DNA of 30,597 bases. Source: Bdellovibrionota bacterium (GTDB taxonomy: Bacteria > Bdellovibrionota > UBA1018 > UBA923). A program made the translations under genes and the position numbers. Under the pieces are notes generated by a model. The model saw only the letters and a program-made list of their open reading frames with translations. It was not told the origin of the DNA and ran no database searches. Below, in pieces: positions 26,403 to 30,597 of the stretch. The DNA lies in NCBI GenBank assembly GCA_040754655.1, contig JBFMCE010000048.1, positions 1 through 30,597 on the forward strand, given 5' to 3'. The first letter of the stretch is position 1. The number at the start of each line of letters is the position of its first letter.

Positions 26403-28025
26403 TTGGGGCGGTTTCTTTTGACCACGCGACATTCCTCTGATTTCTTTTTTATAGTTCTTTACCTTTGGTGGTCGATCACACTTGCCCCATTCGCACGCTC
26501 AGCCGATCTGCCCGCCGAGCACGAAAGCTTTGACCTGCTTTGTGAAACCTGCGAAAGGCGCAAACCCATCCCTAACGGCGGTTACTCAAGCCCATGGGGC
26601 CCGATCGTTCACCCGAGTTGTTTTCAGTACGCTTCAGAAAAAACCCGCTATCGTGGCCGCAAAAAGGCAGAACGTGCAATTGACCTGTGGTTTGAACAAA
26701 CATTCCTCACCGTTACACAAAGCTGCGCCTCGAGGTATGAAAACCTCAAAGATCCTTACCTTAAACAATGGGTCACTCAATTTAAAAGAACCGTCCTCAC
26801 CTGTTCGGCAAAGCTTGATCTCAAACGTAAAACCGAAATTGCGGTCGCGGCTAATATTTCTCGCAAGTCTGACTTGCCAAAAGTTCTCCTCCCGCGCGAG
26901 ATGGAAGGGATCGACTTAGGAAAAGAAGATCTTGAGGCTTTGCCCTCTGCCTTCAAGACAACGATCGTTTTTCCCAAAAGTCTTTTTTCAGAGGTTTTGA
27001 CTGTCTTCGCTTCCAATAACCCAGCCTATGAAACGCAACAACATCTCGCTTCAGACACCCTCATCCATGAAGTCTTGCATTCCACCCAAGCCAACAACCG
27101 CAGAGACCACAATCAAATACGGCCAAATTCGAATAAACTTCGTCTCGATCGCATCCTCGTGATCACGAGAATGTGCACAAGGATGTCACAAGACAGCGCA
27201 GATCATGCCTTAATTGAACCACTGCTCTTTCCAGGCTCTTTAGCCAAATCCCCCTTGCAATTGGCTCAAAACCTCAAAAACTGTCACAACCTTTTCACAA
27301 GCCGTACTGGCTTCTCGCTAGAAAGCAAATATCTTCCGTCAAAAGGCCTCTCGGCAATCCAGGCCGCCTCTCTTTGCCAAGCCATCGCAAGCACTGCGCG
27401 CTGTTGGCGGAAACTGCGCACGGAAGGAGCGCGTTTCACAAAAAACTCTCCTCTATTGATGAAATTTACAGATGCGTTTCGAAAACGCTTCACTGAACTT
27501 GCGCTTCCGGATACGAACGAAATCAGCCCGACCATCGTCTCTTGGTCGCCTCGTCTGCAGAACTTGCTTTCACGACCCATTTCTTCCTCCTGCTTGCAAG
27601 ATGCATTTCAAATCACCGAAGGCAAGGCCGTACGGATCGCCACGCCTTACACGATAGGCTTTTCTTTCGAGGCCAACCCAGGCGAGCACATCCTCACAAA
27701 GGTTCAGTCCGCCATCGACCAACTCCAAAGCCTTAGCTTGTGCGATGACAATGAAAGACGCGATTTTCTCGAGGCATTTCAAGAATTGCACTCAAACTTG
27801 GCAGAGGTTTTTCGTTCTGCCATTTATCAGGACTTCGTTTTGAAGAGGCTGAACCATCAGGCTGAAGCATCGTATAGGCCTCCAGGCAGACTTTCCAACC
27901 TCACCTCTCCTGACAGGAACAGCCTCTTTCGTGAACTCATTGGGGAAGGGTTGTACGATTCATACTTGTATACTTTGGAGCAAGTTCATCATCTCTCGCC
28001 AAAATATGAGTGCGTAATAGAATAA
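26403..28025 (+). CDS. Secreted Cys-rich hypothetical protein with zincin-like HExxH motif
   Basis: 540-aa ORF with an N-terminal hydrophobic segment ending ARS-A, TLIHEVLHST, and many Cys. TTG start is uncertain. Confidence 0.6.
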   Translation: MGRFLLTTRHSSDFFFIVLYLWWSITLAPFARSADLPAEHESFDLLCETCERRKPIPNGGYSSPWGPIVHPSCFQYASEKTRYRGRKKAERAIDLWFEQTFLTVTQSCASRYENLKDPYLKQWVTQFKRTVLTCSAKLDLKRKTEIAVAANISRKSDLPKVLLPREMEGIDLGKEDLEALPSAFKTTIVFPKSLFSEVLTVFASNNPAYETQQHLASDTLIHEVLHSTQANNRRDHNQIRPNSNKLRLDRILVITRMCTRMSQDSADHALIEPLLFPGSLAKSPLQLAQNLKNCHNLFTSRTGFSLESKYLPSKGLSAIQAASLCQAIASTARCWRKLRTEGARFTKNSPLLMKFTDAFRKRFTELALPDTNEISPTIVSWSPRLQNLLSRPISSSCLQDAFQITEGKAVRIATPYTIGFSFEANPGEHILTKVQSAIDQLQSLSLCDDNERRDFLEAFQELHSNLAEVFRSAIYQDFVLKRLNHQAEASYRPPGRLSNLTSPDRNSLFRELIGEGLYDSYLYTLEQVHHLSPKYECVIE

Positions 28026-28054
28026 AAAAAAGCGGGGCCAAATTCTGGCCCCGC
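28024..28054 (-). terminator. Rho-independent terminator of flgE
   Basis: GCGGGGCCA-N5-TGGCCCCGC (9-bp stem) followed by 8 T on the minus strand. Confidence 0.88.
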
Positions 28055-28128
28055 CCCTTGAAGACTTCTCTCTTTCTGATTGGCTTAGAACCTCAACAGG
28101 CCTCTAAGAAACCAGAGAAGACTACCTA

Positions 28129-29412
28129 TTATTGCCTTCTCATATTCAGAACTTCTTGCATCAATTCATCTGCAGTGGTGATCGCGCGAGCATTCGCTTG
28201 GAACGAACGCTGCGTGGTCATCAAATTGATGAACTCGCTGGCAATGTCAGTCGTAGAAGATTCGATACTCTTCGGAGTAATCCTTCCACGGCCGCCTTCA
28301 CCTGGCTTGCCAATGAACGCCTGACCTGAGTTCTTCGATTCGCGAAACTTGTTCTGGCCTTGCTTGAAGAGCGCCTCATTGTTCTCAAACTTCGCGATCG
28401 CCACTTGGGCAAGGTTGAGGGTCTCGCCGTTCGTGTAGATCGCTGAAAGCACTCCATCGTCATTGAAAGAGAGGCCTGCCATCGTTCCGGCGGTGTACCC
28501 ATCTTGCAAATGCTTATAGAGATCTGAGTTCGTTCCGTATTGCGTGGTCTGCAAACCATCGCCGCCTTCGGCGATCGACTTGCCGAACATGAAATCGATC
28601 TTCTGGCCAGGAAGCGCGCCCTTATTGAAGTTGAACTCATTCTTATTGATGGCCTGTTCTTGAAGCCTTCCGTCACTTGCGAACTTGAGCCTTCCGCTCG
28701 CTCCTTCGATGAGTTGCCCCTTCTGGCCCCCTTGAACCTCGTCACCTTTGACCATCGCGTGCCAGTCCCAAACTCCGTCTTCGGCCTTATTGAAGTACAT
28801 GGTGACAAGATGCGCATTACCCGCAGAATCATACACCGTGAATCCGTTCGAATAATTGCTGCTTTTGTCAGGCTGCTCCGGGTTCCACTCTGGACCTTTC
28901 TCTGCGCGAATATCTAGATTCATCGAAAGGTTCACTTTCGAAGTCCTCTTCGCATCGATTACAGTTCTATCGATTTTAATGGTCGTCAGTTTATTGGTGA
29001 TCATCCCATTTTCATCGGCTTGAAAACCCATCACCTTCGAACCATCTAAACTCGCGAGCTGGCCTTCCTTGTCGAAGTTCATGACGCCGTTACGTGTAAA
29101 ACTGCGGCCGTCTGCGCCGTCCATCACGAAGAAACCGTCGCCTGAAATCGCCAAGTCCGTCGAACGTTCCGTCTGGGTGAGAGAACCTTGCGAAAAGATC
29201 GGGTTTACGTTTGAAAGCTTTGTGCCACGACCGATTTGGTTACCACCCAAGATGCCTTTGAGTGATTTCGCGATCACGTCTTGAAACTCAGGACGCGATA
29301 CCTTGAATCCCGTGGTGTTCGCGTTTGCCAAATTGTCACCGTAGATTCCGAGAGCCTCACCGCTAGCCTGCAGGCCTGTGACTCCCGTATAGAGAGATGT
29401 AAGAATACCCAT
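28129..29412 (-). CDS. flgE: Flagellar hook protein FlgE
   Basis: SLYTGVTGL...GDNLANANTTGFK, TDLAISGDGFF, FTRNG, VYDSAGNAH, IESSTTDIASEFINLMTTQRSFQANARAITT. AGGAGG SD. Confidence 0.97.
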   Translation of the reverse strand: MGILTSLYTGVTGLQASGEALGIYGDNLANANTTGFKVSRPEFQDVIAKSLKGILGGNQIGRGTKLSNVNPIFSQGSLTQTERSTDLAISGDGFFVMDGADGRSFTRNGVMNFDKEGQLASLDGSKVMGFQADENGMITNKLTTIKIDRTVIDAKRTSKVNLSMNLDIRAEKGPEWNPEQPDKSSNYSNGFTVYDSAGNAHLVTMYFNKAEDGVWDWHAMVKGDEVQGGQKGQLIEGASGRLKFASDGRLQEQAINKNEFNFNKGALPGQKIDFMFGKSIAEGGDGLQTTQYGTNSDLYKHLQDGYTAGTMAGLSFNDDGVLSAIYTNGETLNLAQVAIAKFENNEALFKQGQNKFRESKNSGQAFIGKPGEGGRGRITPKSIESSTTDIASEFINLMTTQRSFQANARAITTADELMQEVLNMRRQ

Positions 29413-29436
29413 TCGAGCCTCCTATGCTCATTTTGA

Positions 29437-29580
29437 CCAAGATCTCTGTCAGTCGATCTTGGGGAGGCGCCCCTCTGTGTTCCACTTCCGCGGAATTCGA
29501 GAGGGACCCGCCTCTAATTCATGAACCGTGCATCCTGCGCGGTCCCTATTCGTCTTGCCTCGTATTCGACGAGACAAAAC
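29437..29580 (-). promoter_or_regulatory. Structured flgE 5' leader (four consecutive hairpins), candidate cis-regulatory RNA
   Basis: Stems at 29552-29580, 29525-29543, 29464-29514 and 29437-29462. G-U pairs work only on the minus (sense) strand. Confidence 0.6.
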
Positions 29581-29604
29581 CCTGATTTACTTCATTCACT
29601 GCCA

Positions 29605-30036
29605 CTACGCTATTACTGCCCCATCGATGTTCGTAAAAACATTCCCTTCAAGATTCGCGCGATCCATTGCCGTCACTACGGTGCGGTTTTTCACACTCAC
29701 GATGAAAGCCGCGTCTTTCGTGAGAACAAGGGTGTCGTCCAGGCCTTTGGCTGCCGCTCTGTCTACCGCCTCATTGAGCCTTCTCATCGCATCAGGGCTA
29801 AGATCTAGTTTCCTGCTCTGAGCCCTAGCGGTAGCATGCGCTGAAAACTTAAGAGGCTCTGAAACTGGCTTTGACAGCTCATTTCCGAGGATCTGGCTGA
29901 AATTTTCAACGCTCTTCGTTTGGCTTCCTGGTGTTGCTTGCCCATCGCGAATCCGGTCCGGAGCCTGCGCAGGCTCACGACTGATCGTGCTGCCTGGCGT
30001 TCCGCCGACGGCTGGATAAAGCAACGTGTTTGACAT
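29605..30036 (-). CDS. Flagellar operon protein (TIGR02530-like)
   Basis: LKFSAHA..R..SR, AVDRAAAKG, AFIVSVKNRTVVTAMD, NVFTNIDGAVI. Directly upstream of flgE, with a strong GAGGAGG SD. Confidence 0.88.
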   Translation of the reverse strand: MSNTLLYPAVGGTPGSTISREPAQAPDRIRDGQATPGSQTKSVENFSQILGNELSKPVSEPLKFSAHATARAQSRKLDLSPDAMRRLNEAVDRAAAKGLDDTLVLTKDAAFIVSVKNRTVVTAMDRANLEGNVFTNIDGAVIA

Positions 30037-30066
30037 GACTACTTCCCTCCTCTCTTGAACTTCACA

Positions 30067-30597
30067 CTACTCTGTCCATTTTCCAGCAGTTGAAGCTTCT
30101 TCGCTAGTCGGTACCGAATTCCCGTCGGCAGGATTCTCGCTTCTTTCCGCCATTCCCATCGCTCTAGCGGCGGGATTAACGCTTTCGATCCCGCTTTGAT
30201 TCTGGGTATTGGTGCCAGGAATGGGTTTGCCTGCGCGCAATGCTTCCGCCACCGGGTTTGCCGCAGTCAAATCCTGCGCTTCAGCCATGACGCGCCTGAT
30301 ATCCTCATTGCTCAGCGGTTGGGTGATCACCGGTTTTTCTTGGGCTTTATTGAAGGCAGCGGCATCCACAGGCATGTATTTGCCCGCGATTCCCGGCGTA
30401 TAATCTTCAACCATGCGATCTTGAGCGATCTCGCCATCAGCACCTTCTTGTTGTGGCGAGCCTTCTGGGGCTCCGTTCATAGCGCCGCCACCAAGAAGGT
30501 TTTCCAATCCACCAATGTCAATGCCCGGCGGCAAACCTGATATTGCAGGAGCTCCTCCCGGGGAAGCGCTCGTTTGAGCAGGTTTTTCAACGACCTT
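30067..30597 (-). CDS. 3' part of a gene truncated by the window edge; probably FlgD with a long low-complexity C-terminal tail
   Basis: The frame stays open to the window end (KVVEKPAQTSASPGGAPAISGLPPG...). Identity is inferred only from its position upstream of TIGR02530-flgE. Confidence 0.5.
   Translation of the reverse strand, partial: KVVEKPAQTSASPGGAPAISGLPPGIDIGGLENLLGGGAMNGAPEGSPQQEGADGEIAQDRMVEDYTPGIAGKYMPVDAAAFNKAQEKPVITQPLSNEDIRRVMAEAQDLTAANPVAEALRAGKPIPGTNTQNQSGIESVNPAARAMGMAERSENPADGNSVPTSEEASTAGKWTE

Noticed and set aside
28221..28832. 203-aa same-strand alternative-frame ORF inside flgE
   Set aside because: Arg/Ser-rich off-frame reading typical of codon bias, with no independent evidence.
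29413..29604. c-di-GMP riboswitch or terminator upstream of flgE
   Set aside because: No recognisable GEMM-I/II consensus and no U-tract; kept only as an unclassified structured leader.

Overview
Bacterial chromosomal window, probably Bdellovibrionota/Oligoflexia-like. This assignment is inferred from the FliA/FliM style, the long FliO, the TIGR02530-type gene and the lipoprotein+TraF-like barrel pair. Left part: a lipoprotein plus a FadL/TraF/PorV-like beta-barrel, an N-degron cluster (clpS-clpA with a convergent, overlapping mazG-aat), and coaE. Centre: a sigma54-promoted minus-strand flagellar operon fliL-fliM-fliN-fliO-fliP-fliQ-fliR-flhB-flhA-flhF-flhG-fliA. It continues without a gap into two unusual genes: a CheA-derived protein (P3-P4-P5 only, N-box lost, probable pseudokinase) and a chemoreceptor-like membrane protein with a heavily diverged signalling tip. 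This pair is the best candidate for an undescribed system. Right part: a ~5.5 kb accessory block (M11-like metallopeptidase lipoprotein, a Y1/HUH transposase-like gene with a Gly/Ser/Thr insert and its own sigma54 promoter, a secreted HExxH protein), then flgE, a highly structured 192-nt flgE leader, a TIGR02530-type flagellar operon protein and the 3' end of a probable flgD. No rRNA, tRNA or CRISPR array was seen. All calls come from reading motifs by eye; no searches were run.
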